Of a stretch of DNA of 46,385 nucleotides, positions 8,302 to 16,755 are shown piece after piece. The stretch covers positions 1-46,385 of IMG/VR virus record IMGVR_UViG_3300048565_000023. The stretch is one strand, 5' to 3'. Both the position numbers and the translations under genes were made by a program. The DNA is from a virus (lineage: Duplodnaviria > Caudoviricetes). Within the stretch, counting starts at the first letter, position 1; each line of letters opens with the position of its first letter. The notes beneath the pieces were generated by a model. That model saw nothing but the letters and a program-made list of their open reading frames with translations, ran no database searches and had not been told where the DNA came from.

Positions 8302-9088
8302 TTCGGAGATGCAGGCTGACTTACTCGCGAAGCGCGACGCGCTTGGCTACAAGCCGGGGCCGTCGAAGGTCAAACTGTCGCCGTTTTGGACGCAGGCCGT
8401 TCCGGAGAAGACTCCCGAGCAAGTCGAGCGTGAAATGCAGGAACACGCGCGATGGGTTGCCAAGCAGAACCGAGAGCAATTCTTAAATCGCTGGCGAGAA
8501 TTGGTTGCTGATCGCGGCTCTCGCTACCACTCCGCGTCGTTCGAGTCGTACGAAGCTGCATCGCCAGAGCAGCAAGCCGCTGTGGCGAAGGCCCGCACGT
8601 ATGCAACCGAAATAAACGATCGCGTGAAGCGTGGCCAAAACTTAATCTTTGTTGGCCCTCGTGGCACTGGCAAAGATCACTTGGCGATGGCGGTTGCTCG
8701 CTATGCCCTAGAGGCGAACATCCAGGTTGAGTGGCACAGCGGCATGGATATCTTCCGAGACTTCCGCGACGCGATGCGCGACAAGGAAAAAGGCGAGAGC
8801 GAATACCGAACCGAAAAGAAACTCATCCGCGACCTTCGCAGTCCAACCGTGCTTTGGATTAGCGATCCGATGCCGCCCACGGGCGCCCTCACTGAATGGC
8901 AGCAGGGTGTTCTCTACAGCATCGTCGATGAGCGATACAACCACCGCCGCGCGACGTGGATCACGATAAACGCTGCGAACGCTGGCGAAGCTGCTGCATC
9001 CCTTGGGGCGGCCACACAAGACCGCCTGCGACATGATGCGTGCGTGATTGAGTGCAAGTGGGCAAGTTATCGGAGGGCCTCGGAATGA
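8132..9088 (+). CDS. DnaC/IstB-like helicase loader ATPase (real start probably later, e.g. ATG 8309)
   Basis: ASFESY, Walker A GPRGTGKDHLA, IVDERY..RRATWITIN, DRLR. Confidence 0.88.
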   Translation: MASKWRSIPWWRLTKTNGRGCSLIDMQRSEVVSSEEPPMLEPERSIPTTTDPATPSDSEMQADLLAKRDALGYKPGPSKVKLSPFWTQAVPEKTPEQVEREMQEHARWVAKQNREQFLNRWRELVADRGSRYHSASFESYEAASPEQQAAVAKARTYATEINDRVKRGQNLIFVGPRGTGKDHLAMAVARYALEANIQVEWHSGMDIFRDFRDAMRDKEKGESEYRTEKKLIRDLRSPTVLWISDPMPPTGALTEWQQGVLYSIVDERYNHRRATWITINAANAGEAAASLGAATQDRLRHDACVIECKWASYRRASE

Positions 9089-9330
9089 CCACCAAGAAAC
9101 GCAGTTCCGCATGGAGCGGCGACTTCGAACGCAAGGAGCCGCAGATAGACCTCATGGAGAGCATCCGCTTGGCTGCCCGGCTGGTCGCAAGATACCGCAC
9201 ACCGGCAGACGTTCGCGATGTGCTCATCTCCGTGAAGTTGAACACCATTTACGGCTGGTTGCGAGGCGACCACCCAATGGGGCCGGACATGGCAAGGCGA
9301 GTTAAGAAGCTACTTGGAGAATCAGAATGA
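9085..9330 (+). CDS. Small HTH/Cro-like protein
   Basis: VKLNTIYGWLRG.HP; ATGA coupling. Confidence 0.55.
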   Translation: MTTKKRSSAWSGDFERKEPQIDLMESIRLAARLVARYRTPADVRDVLISVKLNTIYGWLRGDHPMGPDMARRVKKLLGESE

Positions 9331-9482
9331 CCGCTTCGCAAACTCGCCAGACGTTCATCGTTTACCAACTGGTGAAAACTCCAGGCGGCGAAAGGTGACC
9401 ACGCCGGAACTAGAGAAACAATCTCGCCAGCGTACGTTGTTCATATAGTTTTTACCCGCTTGGCGGAGTGGAGGGGAACGAG

Positions 9483-9905
9483 ATGGCAAGTAAGTTTTCC
9501 AAGTTCGACCGCGTGCGAATCAAGTTCGGTGCTGACCGTGGATGCTATGGAACCGTCGTTCATATCGGCGGTGATGACGGAACTTACTACGGCGTTTCGC
9601 TGGACATTCAGCCTGGGAAGCCAGTCGGTTACAGCGAGTACGAACTAGACAGCGAAATTCCAGGGCAAGTGCCGCTATGGAATGGATCACAGTATCCGGT
9701 TCCAAAGCACGTAGCGACTTGCCCCGAATGCCTTGGCGAATTGGTCGCTAGGTCAATGGAATGGGAAACCGAAACGGGGCGGCCAGTTGCTTCCTCGATT
9801 GAGATCGACTGTCTTGGCGAGATTCGGCAGCGACACGATTGGAAGCAACACTTATGGCAGCCCGTACGAGATGCGATTGCTAAATGGGCTGATGCACGAA
9901 CTTAA
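9483..9905 (+). CDS. Hypothetical protein (SH3/KOW-like N-terminus, Cys motif)
   Basis: FSKFDRVRIK..G..GTVVHI; CPEC. Confidence 0.55.
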   Translation: MASKFSKFDRVRIKFGADRGCYGTVVHIGGDDGTYYGVSLDIQPGKPVGYSEYELDSEIPGQVPLWNGSQYPVPKHVATCPECLGELVARSMEWETETGRPVASSIEIDCLGEIRQRHDWKQHLWQPVRDAIAKWADART

Positions 9906-9941
9906 CTTTCCACCCCATCCCCCTAAGGCGAAAGAGCAAGT

Positions 9942-10142
9942 ATGGCTGAATTCATTGAAGCTGGAACTGCTGGAAAGGATCGCATCTTTATCGGTGCTAC
10001 TTCCAGCTACTACGACTGCGCAAAGAAGCCGTTGAGCGGAACGAAGATGCACTGCCTTCTCTTCACCCTGGAAGAGGCTAAAGATGTCGTGCGATTCCTT
10101 CGAAAAGAGATTCGCCGTAAAGAACGAAAACTTACCACTTAG
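9942..10142 (+). CDS. Hypothetical protein
   Basis: ORF in gene run. Confidence 0.5.
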   Translation: MAEFIEAGTAGKDRIFIGATSSYYDCAKKPLSGTKMHCLLFTLEEAKDVVRFLRKEIRRKERKLTT

Positions 10143-10158
10143 CGGAGGCGTAACGAGC

Positions 10159-10563
10159 ATGAAAAGAGAAGCAGGACTGTACCCGGTTAGATCAAACGAA
10201 CAGCTTCCAGAACCACCTACGAGCTATTACCGGTTCTGGCGAGATGGGAAGTGGTTTGCGAACGAAAGAGACGCTATGCCGCATTGCGAACCTGATCACT
10301 GGATTCCCATTGGCGACCACTGGGTGAAGTCTCACAAGCGAGGTCGTGATGTGGCAGATCCGCTTTCGTGGCCTGTGAGGGTTCACCGGGCGCAGAAACC
10401 AGCCAAAGCCGATCCGGAGCGCCAACGCTCCAAGGTGCTCTTCGAGGCCCTCCAGGCAGCTAAGGCGGGCAACCTGGACGACGCCGTGAAACTGCTTACG
10501 AACGCGAAGTTTGACCGCAAGGATTGGCCTGAGTTCGTCCTGTCGAAGTTGGAGAAGGTCTAG
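10159..10563 (+). CDS. Hypothetical protein
   Basis: GGAGG RBS; stop codon overlaps the IS end. Confidence 0.6.
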   Translation: MKREAGLYPVRSNEQLPEPPTSYYRFWRDGKWFANERDAMPHCEPDHWIPIGDHWVKSHKRGRDVADPLSWPVRVHRAQKPAKADPERQRSKVLFEALQAAKAGNLDDAVKLLTNAKFDRKDWPEFVLSKLEKV

Positions 10564-10586
10564 GTAACTATATACTTGACTCATCA
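10563..10586 (+). repeat. 24-bp IS1595-like end, copy 1
   Basis: Identical to 14988-15011; core TTGACTCATCA repeated at 10611-10621. Confidence 0.9.
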
Positions 10587-10603
10587 GACCGGCTTGCTAC
10601 AAT
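10576..10603 (+). promoter_or_regulatory. Sigma70-type promoter starting within the IS end
   Basis: TTGACT(10576)-16 bp-TACAAT(10598). Confidence 0.65.
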
Positions 10604-10647
10604 TAGGTAGTTGACTCATCATTGGGCATTACCTTGGAGGCTTGGAT

Positions 10648-10872
10648 ATGTGGAAACTCGAATCGCAGGGCGTGAACGGTTGGCGGTTGGTCGATGAAGC
10701 GGCTGGCGTCGTTATCGCTGAGAACATGACCAAAGAGCATGCCACGCTGTTTGGACACGCTCCCGGCCTTTTGCGGGCCTGCAAGACGATGCTGCCCATT
10801 GTCGAGTCCCACGCGGACGATTCCGCCTGTGTGTGGGTCCATGACCTGATAAACGAAGCTGAGGGGCGTTAA
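10648..10872 (+). CDS. IS passenger hypothetical protein
   Basis: GGAGG RBS; A.LF..AP.LL.AC phage-type motif. Confidence 0.65.
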   Translation: MWKLESQGVNGWRLVDEAAGVVIAENMTKEHATLFGHAPGLLRACKTMLPIVESHADDSACVWVHDLINEAEGR

Positions 10873-11757
10873 TTGCGACACGTCATCCTCATTAGCGGGA
10901 AGGATTCTCTGGCAACCGCTCTGGTGCAGCGGGAGCGTGCACCCGGCCTGCCTTACGAATTCATTTTCAACGAAGTCGGCTGGGAACTGCCCGAAACGTT
11001 CGTTTGGCTGAAGCAAGTTGAGACGTATTTGGGGCAACCACTGACAATCTGTGGGGACGACCTCGAATCGATCGTCGATGAGGAAAACTGCTTGCCGTTG
11101 CCGATGCGGCGGTTTTGCACGCGGCGGGCGAAGATCGAGCCGTTGGAGAACTACCTCGGCAAAGATGAAGCGACGATCTACATGGGATTGCGTGCCGATG
11201 AACCGGCGCGGGCTGGGTACGTCGTCAAGCCCGGCAGTCGCCACCAGCCAGCCTACCCGTTGCGAGAATTGGGCATCGACCTGCAAGGCGTTTGGCGGTT
11301 GTGTGAATCGGTCAACTTGCTGCCACCCGCATTCCACTGGCCGTGGATGGAGGCCAAGGTGCGAGCGCAGTTGTACGGCGACGACTTCCTGCTCGACGAA
11401 TTGGAACCGTGGGAGAAGGCTTCGCTGCTGGCTTGGCGGGCGCGCAACAATTGCAGCATTTGCTTTTTCAAGCGGCTTTATGAGTGGATCGGATTGTGGG
11501 AGTTTCACCCGTCGATCTTCGATTACGCGGTGCAAATGGAAAAACGATATTGCCACAGAGACGAATTCGGGTGGCTGAGGCCGAATCAACGGCTGGATAC
11601 CTACCTGCTCCCGCGCGCGGAACTGATTAAGTCCAGGCGTGCGCGAGCGATTGTAAAGTTTCTTAGGACGAAACAGCGGCGTTGGCTGTTTGAGACTGAC
11701 GACGGGGCACCAGACCTCTTGGCCGTAACGTCGTGCGGCCTGTATTGCGGAAAGTAA
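10873..11757 (+). CDS. PAPS-reductase-family PP-loop protein (possible DNA modification enzyme)
   Basis: SGKDS PP-loop, RFCT..AKIEP, GLRADE..R, NCSICF, terminal SCGLYC. Confidence 0.85.
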   Translation: MRHVILISGKDSLATALVQRERAPGLPYEFIFNEVGWELPETFVWLKQVETYLGQPLTICGDDLESIVDEENCLPLPMRRFCTRRAKIEPLENYLGKDEATIYMGLRADEPARAGYVVKPGSRHQPAYPLRELGIDLQGVWRLCESVNLLPPAFHWPWMEAKVRAQLYGDDFLLDELEPWEKASLLAWRARNNCSICFFKRLYEWIGLWEFHPSIFDYAVQMEKRYCHRDEFGWLRPNQRLDTYLLPRAELIKSRRARAIVKFLRTKQRRWLFETDDGAPDLLAVTSCGLYCGK

Positions 11758-11763
11758 CTCACT

Positions 11764-12417
11764 ATGAACGACACCCCGAAAACGCTGCTCGATGCCGTCC
11801 GTTACTACACCGATCCGAAGGTGTGCTTCACGCTGATGCTGTCGGTCAAATGGCCGACAGGCAATCCGACCTGCCCCAAGTGTGGCGGCGACAAGGTGGG
11901 CGTGATTGGCTCGCGCTCGCTCCTGCAATGCAAGGCGAAGGACTGCCGGAAGCAATTCAGCGTCAAGGTCGATACGATCTTTGAAGACTCGCCACTTGGC
12001 CTTGACAAATGGTTCGTGGCCGTTTGGTGCATCGCCAACGCCAAAAATGGGATTAGTAGTTTGGAGCTTGGGCGGGCTTTGGGAGTCACCCAGAAAACGG
12101 CGTGGTTCATGCTCCACCGCATCCGGCTCGCGATGCAAACCAAATCGTTCCGCAAGATGAACGGGGAGATCGAAAGCGACGAAACGTTCATCGGCGGCAA
12201 GTCTAAGAACATGCACGCGGGCAAACGGGAAAAGCTGATCCGTGGGCGCGGTGCGGTTGGCCCCAAGCTTCTCTCCCCCTCGGAGGTCGCGGAAGTGGTG
12301 GGGGAGATTCGCAAAGAAGTCGACGGGCTGTTGAGGCTGGGTGACGCCGCGAAGATTTACCAACTTCTCGACCGCCTTTCGCCTCAACTCGATCAAAGTC
12401 GGAAAATGGATGGTTAA
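11764..12417 (+). pseudogene. IS1595-family transposase, truncated after first catalytic motif and fused in frame to an unrelated C-terminus
   Basis: CPKC..CKAKDC Zn ribbon, QFSVK..TIFEDS, GISSLEL.R.LGVTQKTAWFMLHRIR HTH, E.DETFIGG; later DDE segments absent. Confidence 0.88.
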
Positions 12418-12640
12418 CCGTGAAGGTATGTTTTGCCTGCCAATCAACGAACGCTCATGGAACTTTACCGGCGTTCTAGTTGACCTTCGTTCCACGGTGC
12501 CGAATCTGTTCATTAAGAATTGGCACAAAGACGGCCGCGACTATGCCGTAGATGGAAAAGAGAGCCCATACGACCTAGTGCGTCCAGCCACCCCCGCCGA
12601 AGTGTCCGAGCTTCGCAAGATTGTCCCGATTGGAGAGTGA
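12410..12640 (+). CDS. Hypothetical protein
   Basis: W..DGR......YDLV phage-type motif. Confidence 0.6.
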   Translation: MVNREGMFCLPINERSWNFTGVLVDLRSTVPNLFIKNWHKDGRDYAVDGKESPYDLVRPATPAEVSELRKIVPIGE

Positions 12641-13148
12641 GAGAGTGCATCAGAGCCAATTACACCCAAGCGAAAATAAGTTCCACCTTGGAAACGGTGC
12701 GGACAAAAAGCATTACTGGCTGACGCCGCCTGAACTGTACGCGCAGCTAGATGCAGAGTTTCACTTCGATTGCGATCCGTGCCCTCATCCATTTCCGAGA
12801 CATGATGATCCGCACTTCGATGGGCTAACCAGCGAATGGGGGAAGTCGAGCTATGTGAACCCGCCTTTTGGATCCATCATCCATCAAGGCAGAAAGAAAG
12901 GCCCAACGGCCTGGGTGCGCAAGGCGATTGAAGAGCATCGCAAAGGCAAAACGGTTGTACTTGTTTACCCCGTCGATAAGTGGGTGCTAATGCTGCTGTC
13001 AGAGATCGGCTGTGAAGTTAGAAACCTTGGCGATGTTCGATGGCACGCGATTGAGGATGGATCCATCGGCAAGGGAACCGGTCGCCATATCGCCTGTTTC
13101 ATTTTGCGAGCTAGTTCCAACCCCCATCCCGAGCACAGAGGAGGCTGA
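12621..13148 (+). CDS. Phage DNA N6-adenine methyltransferase (Dam-like; start may be GTG 12645)
   Basis: WLTPPELY, FDCDPC, DGL..EWG, YVNPPF, WV.KA. Confidence 0.85.
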   Translation: MSRLESERVHQSQLHPSENKFHLGNGADKKHYWLTPPELYAQLDAEFHFDCDPCPHPFPRHDDPHFDGLTSEWGKSSYVNPPFGSIIHQGRKKGPTAWVRKAIEEHRKGKTVVLVYPVDKWVLMLLSEIGCEVRNLGDVRWHAIEDGSIGKGTGRHIACFILRASSNPHPEHRGG

Positions 13149-13151
13149 AAG

Positions 13152-13439
13152 GTGAGTGAGCCAATTGCGTTAGATGTTTCCCTGGAAAAGGCCCGCGCTC
13201 TTCATAGAGTTTGGCGAGCACTGAACGACGGCGATTGTCCGAAGTGCCACAAGTTTCCAGGACCGCAGAATGTCCGTCGTATCGGCAACGTAGCGGAAGG
13301 AAAGCCCATCGCAGGAATTCGCTGCGAGTTGTGCGGTTTCTATGTCAGCTACGAAGAAATCGATGAGATTGAAAAGCTGTTCGCGCCCGCGATGGATGCG
13401 GCCGTAGCAATTTTTGAGGAGTGGCGAAATGCACGCTGA
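13152..13439 (+). CDS. Zinc-ribbon protein
   Basis: CPKC...CELC. Confidence 0.6.
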   Translation: MSEPIALDVSLEKARALHRVWRALNDGDCPKCHKFPGPQNVRRIGNVAEGKPIAGIRCELCGFYVSYEEIDEIEKLFAPAMDAAVAIFEEWRNAR

Positions 13440-13587
13440 GAAGAAGGAAGAGCGGAAGGGGCAAGAATGGGACGAAGCCGAAGACCGCGACAAGCACAAC
13501 GCATTCGTCCAGGAACTGATTGACGATGTGGACTGGGAGCCGTTGAAACAATTCCTGGAACGCTTAAAGGAGTCCCCCGATGCCTGA
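13429..13587 (+). CDS. Small acidic hypothetical protein (52 aa)
   Basis: Read manually; GAGGAG RBS; overlaps neighbours. Confidence 0.5.
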   Translation: MHAEKKEERKGQEWDEAEDRDKHNAFVQELIDDVDWEPLKQFLERLKESPDA

Positions 13588-13753
13588 GCAGCCGAGATGT
13601 TGTGCCACCTGCAAACTGTGGGAGTGGACACGAGCCACCGAAACGAGCGATAGCGGGTTCTGCAAGAGCCAAACCAGCCCGCTTCGAGGTCCAACGTCCG
13701 AAGACGATTCATGCAGCGAGCACCAGCCAAAGGAGACGGGGGATGATTCTTAG
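13580..13753 (+). CDS. Small Cys-rich protein (57 aa)
   Basis: Read manually; CCATC...GFC...DSC; AAGGAG RBS. Confidence 0.55.
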   Translation: MPEQPRCCATCKLWEWTRATETSDSGFCKSQTSPLRGPTSEDDSCSEHQPKETGDDS

Positions 13754-14153
13754 CGAAGAAGAAGTAGTCCGTATTCGCGGAAGAAACGCGATCATGTCGC
13801 ATGCCGCCTGCTTAGAGGCGACGTACGTTTGCGACTCCCACGAAGCGCTACGGGCCAAATTCGATGCACTGGCGAAGGAAGTCGCGGAGCTGAGAAAGGA
13901 GAACCGCAGCGTCTATCCATTGCTTCGAGAGAAGATCAGAGGGGAAATGGCCCAGGATGCTGCCCGCTTCAAGGACTTCCCAACCGCTGACCTGCTTGAG
14001 AAAGTTCCGGACCTGCTGATAACGATTCCTGTTGCGTGCCATGCGTTCGTTTCCGCTCTCGCTTGCCGTTTGGTGAAATCTGAGGAGGATGGAGCGTGGC
14101 GCAAGTGGGTCCACCGAGAACTTAACAGCGACTTACAGGAACCCACCCCATGA
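13743..14153 (+). CDS. Hypothetical protein
   Basis: AAGGAG RBS; coiled-coil segment. Confidence 0.6.
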   Translation: MILSEEEVVRIRGRNAIMSHAACLEATYVCDSHEALRAKFDALAKEVAELRKENRSVYPLLREKIRGEMAQDAARFKDFPTADLLEKVPDLLITIPVACHAFVSALACRLVKSEEDGAWRKWVHRELNSDLQEPTP

Positions 14154-14752
14154 CATCCGGCCAAAGCGAGGCGAGTGAGCAAATCATGACCACCCCTACA
14201 ACACGAAGGACGCTAGTTGGTGAGCCGGTTGGCTGGTATCAGGCCATGTTGCCGAATGGCGATGAACGATTCGTCTGGTGGAATCAGGCCATTGCTTGCG
14301 ACCAATTCGGCAACCCACACAAGGGCAGGGACGTTGAGATCATTTCCGGCCCACTTCTAACAGCTTCCGAGTGGGAAGACAAAATGAAGGGCATAGCAAC
14401 CACAACGACCTTAGAATGCGACAAGACCTATCTGTGCGGCGCTGGATTGGTTGCCACGATTCGGCCTGACGAGCTGAAGAGGCTGAGGGAGATTGAGCAG
14501 GTAGCGGTCAGTCTAATCGAGTCATGGAAACGATGCGGAATCAAGTACGGCGATGGCCTCGACGCGGCGGATGCTCTATGGCGTCTCATTGATCCTGCCC
14601 CCGCCTTCACGCCACCGCCAAAGCCAGAGCTGAGGCTGTTCCACTTCGCGAATGGCAAGATTGGCTGGCAACTTCAAGGATTCGAAAAGAATCTTGGCAA
14701 CACGTACGAACTCGACCCCACAACCGGCAAGCCACTGGAGAAGCAAGCATGA
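14150..14752 (+). CDS. Hypothetical protein
   Basis: ATGA coupling at both ends. Confidence 0.6.
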   Translation: MTSGQSEASEQIMTTPTTRRTLVGEPVGWYQAMLPNGDERFVWWNQAIACDQFGNPHKGRDVEIISGPLLTASEWEDKMKGIATTTTLECDKTYLCGAGLVATIRPDELKRLREIEQVAVSLIESWKRCGIKYGDGLDAADALWRLIDPAPAFTPPPKPELRLFHFANGKIGWQLQGFEKNLGNTYELDPTTGKPLEKQA

Positions 14753-14868
14753 GACGTATTCCATTACCGGTGATCCTTTTGGTGGTGGCTGGCTTCTATC
14801 TAGGGATGGTTGCGACCTATTGGATTATTGATCGCTTCATCGTTAACCCACCAACACTGGCACGCTAG
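14749..14868 (+). CDS. Small membrane protein (39 aa)
   Basis: Read manually; single hydrophobic helix. Confidence 0.45.
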   Translation: MRRIPLPVILLVVAGFYLGMVATYWIIDRFIVNPPTLAR

Positions 14869-14882
14869 GGGAGTAGAGGGGT

Positions 14883-15026
14883 ATGCCAACAATCTACGGC
14901 TATTCGCTGCAAGTGGATGAGAATGGCGAAGAATGGTTCGGCGTTTTTCGTGAGTACCAAATGGAAGTGAGCGAAGAAGAAAAGAAGGGTAACTATATAC
15001 TTGACTCATCAAGGGGAGAAAGATAA
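14883..15026 (+). CDS. Small acidic protein (47 aa) whose 3' end contains the IS end copy
   Basis: Read manually; GAGGGG RBS; MPTIYGYS...KGNYILDSSRGER. Confidence 0.45.
   Translation: MPTIYGYSLQVDENGEEWFGVFREYQMEVSEEEKKGNYILDSSRGER
14988..15011 (+). repeat. 24-bp IS1595-like end, copy 2 (direct orientation, orphan)
   Basis: Identical to 10563-10586; flanks differ. Confidence 0.9.
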
Positions 15027-15029
15027 GCC

Positions 15030-15344
15030 ATGACTCGTTTTCTTGTTTTTGTGATCTGCTTTGTCGCAGCTGGCTTCGCCATTGCCGACCAACCTGTGCC
15101 AGCCACGACGGTCATTAAAGAGAAGCTCACTAAGAGCCAAGGCGACGTTTACCGGGAGGTAAACGCAATGCTGCGAGGTCGTATAGACAAGCGACTGCGA
15201 ACCGCCTGGATCGACTTGAAGCTAGTGTGTCTTGGCGATCCGAAATTGATCGAGGCCGTGATAGGTGGATATCAGTCAGTTGGCTGGGAAGTCAATTACG
15301 ATGTCCGGCTTGGCAGCTACCTCTTTGGAGTGCGCGATGAGTAA
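15030..15344 (+). CDS. Exported hypothetical protein
   Basis: Signal peptide MTRFLVFVICFVAAGFAIA. Confidence 0.6.
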   Translation: MTRFLVFVICFVAAGFAIADQPVPATTVIKEKLTKSQGDVYREVNAMLRGRIDKRLRTAWIDLKLVCLGDPKLIEAVIGGYQSVGWEVNYDVRLGSYLFGVRDE

Positions 15345-15435
15345 CGACATCTTGCCCGAGAGCGAAATCGCAGCCCCTAACCCCCTTAAAAGCAATCCCG
15401 GCAATCCCGTATGCACGGGTTAGAAAGAGAGAAAG

Positions 15436-15735
15436 ATGCTAACCGACCAAGACAAACAAACGCTAGAAAACGCCGCCGACCTCCTGGAAGAACTAGGCCA
15501 CGCTGGGTGTGAAGTGATTCGAAGGATTGCGAGAGCACCAGATCTGGTTGTTGTGACGTTCCCGCGACCTGAGATCGACGACGAAATCAGACGGCAGATT
15601 CTAGAGGGCGTGATGGAGGCGCGACGGCATCCGCTTATCGATATTCCAATTTTCCCAATGGACATTGAGTTGAAAATATCAGACCGCCAAATGATCGACC
15701 GCATCATGGATCAAGTGAACTCCCCTAACCCCTAA
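15436..15735 (+). CDS. Hypothetical protein
   Basis: ORF in gene run. Confidence 0.55.
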   Translation: MLTDQDKQTLENAADLLEELGHAGCEVIRRIARAPDLVVVTFPRPEIDDEIRRQILEGVMEARRHPLIDIPIFPMDIELKISDRQMIDRIMDQVNSPNP

Positions 15736-15747
15736 CGCCGGAGCGAG

Positions 15748-15963
15748 ATGAGGATGGTCGACCTAAGTAAATTCACGCCGCCATTCCAGGTTATCCCGAT
15801 GCCGCTCAATGCGAACGGAGATGGGCCGGAAATGAATCCTTTTCTCGTGGCTCGCACGACCTTCGAGGTGTGGGATGCTGCGTGCTCAACTGTCGCTTCA
15901 TTCGAACACGCCTCGGATGCCGAACTCTTCGCCAGCGACTGCAACGACATTTCACAGGACTAA
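15748..15963 (+). CDS. Hypothetical protein
   Basis: ORF with GGAG RBS. Confidence 0.55.
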   Translation: MRMVDLSKFTPPFQVIPMPLNANGDGPEMNPFLVARTTFEVWDAACSTVASFEHASDAELFASDCNDISQD

Positions 15964-15989
15964 CCTCCCCCTCACGCAGGACGCGACAC

Positions 15990-16619
15990 ATGAACGACTC
16001 AACACGGAAGCTAACAACGAAACGCTACGAGCGAGCTAACCGCCCAAGCGATCAACAGCCAGGCCACAAAGAGGCATCGCAGCCCCGCGAACAACAGCCA
16101 GGCCACAAAGAGGCATCGCAGCCCCGCGAACAACAGCCAGGCCACAAAGAGGCATCGCAGCCCCGCGAACAACAGCCAGGCCACAAAGAGGCATCGCAGC
16201 CCCGCGAACAACGGCCCGTAATCTTCATCAGGCCAGAAGACCGCAGCGAGGCCGAACAGTGGGTTTGCGACTTGGCTTCTGAGACCGCGAAGGCGCTCGA
16301 ACTGGCGATTGTTTCAGGCAGAGACGCGCACCTCGAAAAGGTTATTGAGAACTACCGCAGACGGCGCCGTGAAGGTGAGCCCGTTCCGAACCTGGACACC
16401 CCCATCGTGGCAGTCATGAACGAAAAGGAAGCCAACGTGTTGGCCCGCGAAGGGTATTACACGCTTGGGCAAATCTGCACGGCTACCGAATCGGAGCTAT
16501 TGCGAATCAATGGCGTGTACCGTAGCACCATTCACAAGATCAACGATGCGTTAACGCGGGTGGTTCTGGCGATTCAGTTAACGCCCGAGCATTCCATGGC
16601 GCCAGACCAGCCGGAGTAG
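15990..16619 (+). CDS. RNA polymerase alpha-CTD-like domain protein with tandem-repeat linker
   Basis: PI....NEKEANVLAREGYYTLGQI......ELLRINGV...TIHKINDAL. Confidence 0.7.
   Translation: MNDSTRKLTTKRYERANRPSDQQPGHKEASQPREQQPGHKEASQPREQQPGHKEASQPREQQPGHKEASQPREQRPVIFIRPEDRSEAEQWVCDLASETAKALELAIVSGRDAHLEKVIENYRRRRREGEPVPNLDTPIVAVMNEKEANVLAREGYYTLGQICTATESELLRINGVYRSTIHKINDALTRVVLAIQLTPEHSMAPDQPE
16053..16212 (+). repeat. Perfect 39-bp tandem repeat x4 (QQPGHKEASQPRE)
   Basis: CAACAGCCAGGCCACAAAGAGGCATCGCAGCCCCGCGAA x4, no spacers. Confidence 0.97.
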
Positions 16620-16661
16620 ATTTCTCCTGTAGCGTCAATCTTAAATCTTTGCCCAAATCTA

Positions 16662-16755
16662 CGGCACAAGGCCGCCTAGGCTCGTTCCGGAACCGACAGC
16701 GCTAATCTTCCCTGCGTGATTGTCACGAACTAGGCGGCCCAATACACAGGTGCCG
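16662..16755 (+). promoter_or_regulatory. Structured leader upstream of holin-like gene
   Basis: GGCCGCCTAG/CTAGGCGGCC 10-bp stem inside CGGCAC/GTGCCG stem ending 2 nt before the ATG. Confidence 0.55.

Larger units (their letters stand above)
10563..12261 (+). mobile_element. Truncated IS1595-family element carrying passenger genes
   Basis: End GGTAACTATATACTTGACTCATCA; two passenger ORFs; transposase similarity stops at GRGAVG; no inverted right end seen. Confidence 0.75.

Noticed and set aside
9439-9458. GTTCATATAGTTTTTACC as an inverted IS1595 end
   Set aside because: Only loosely similar to the 24-mer (needs a 3-bp gap, lacks the TTGACTCATCA core) and lies upstream of the element
10603-12528. 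641-aa minus-strand ORF as a real gene
   Set aside because: Exact in-register antisense of three recognisable plus-strand genes; no motif of its own
16053-16212. 39-bp repeats as a CRISPR array
   Set aside because: Units are contiguous with no spacers, are a multiple of 3, and lie in frame in a CDS
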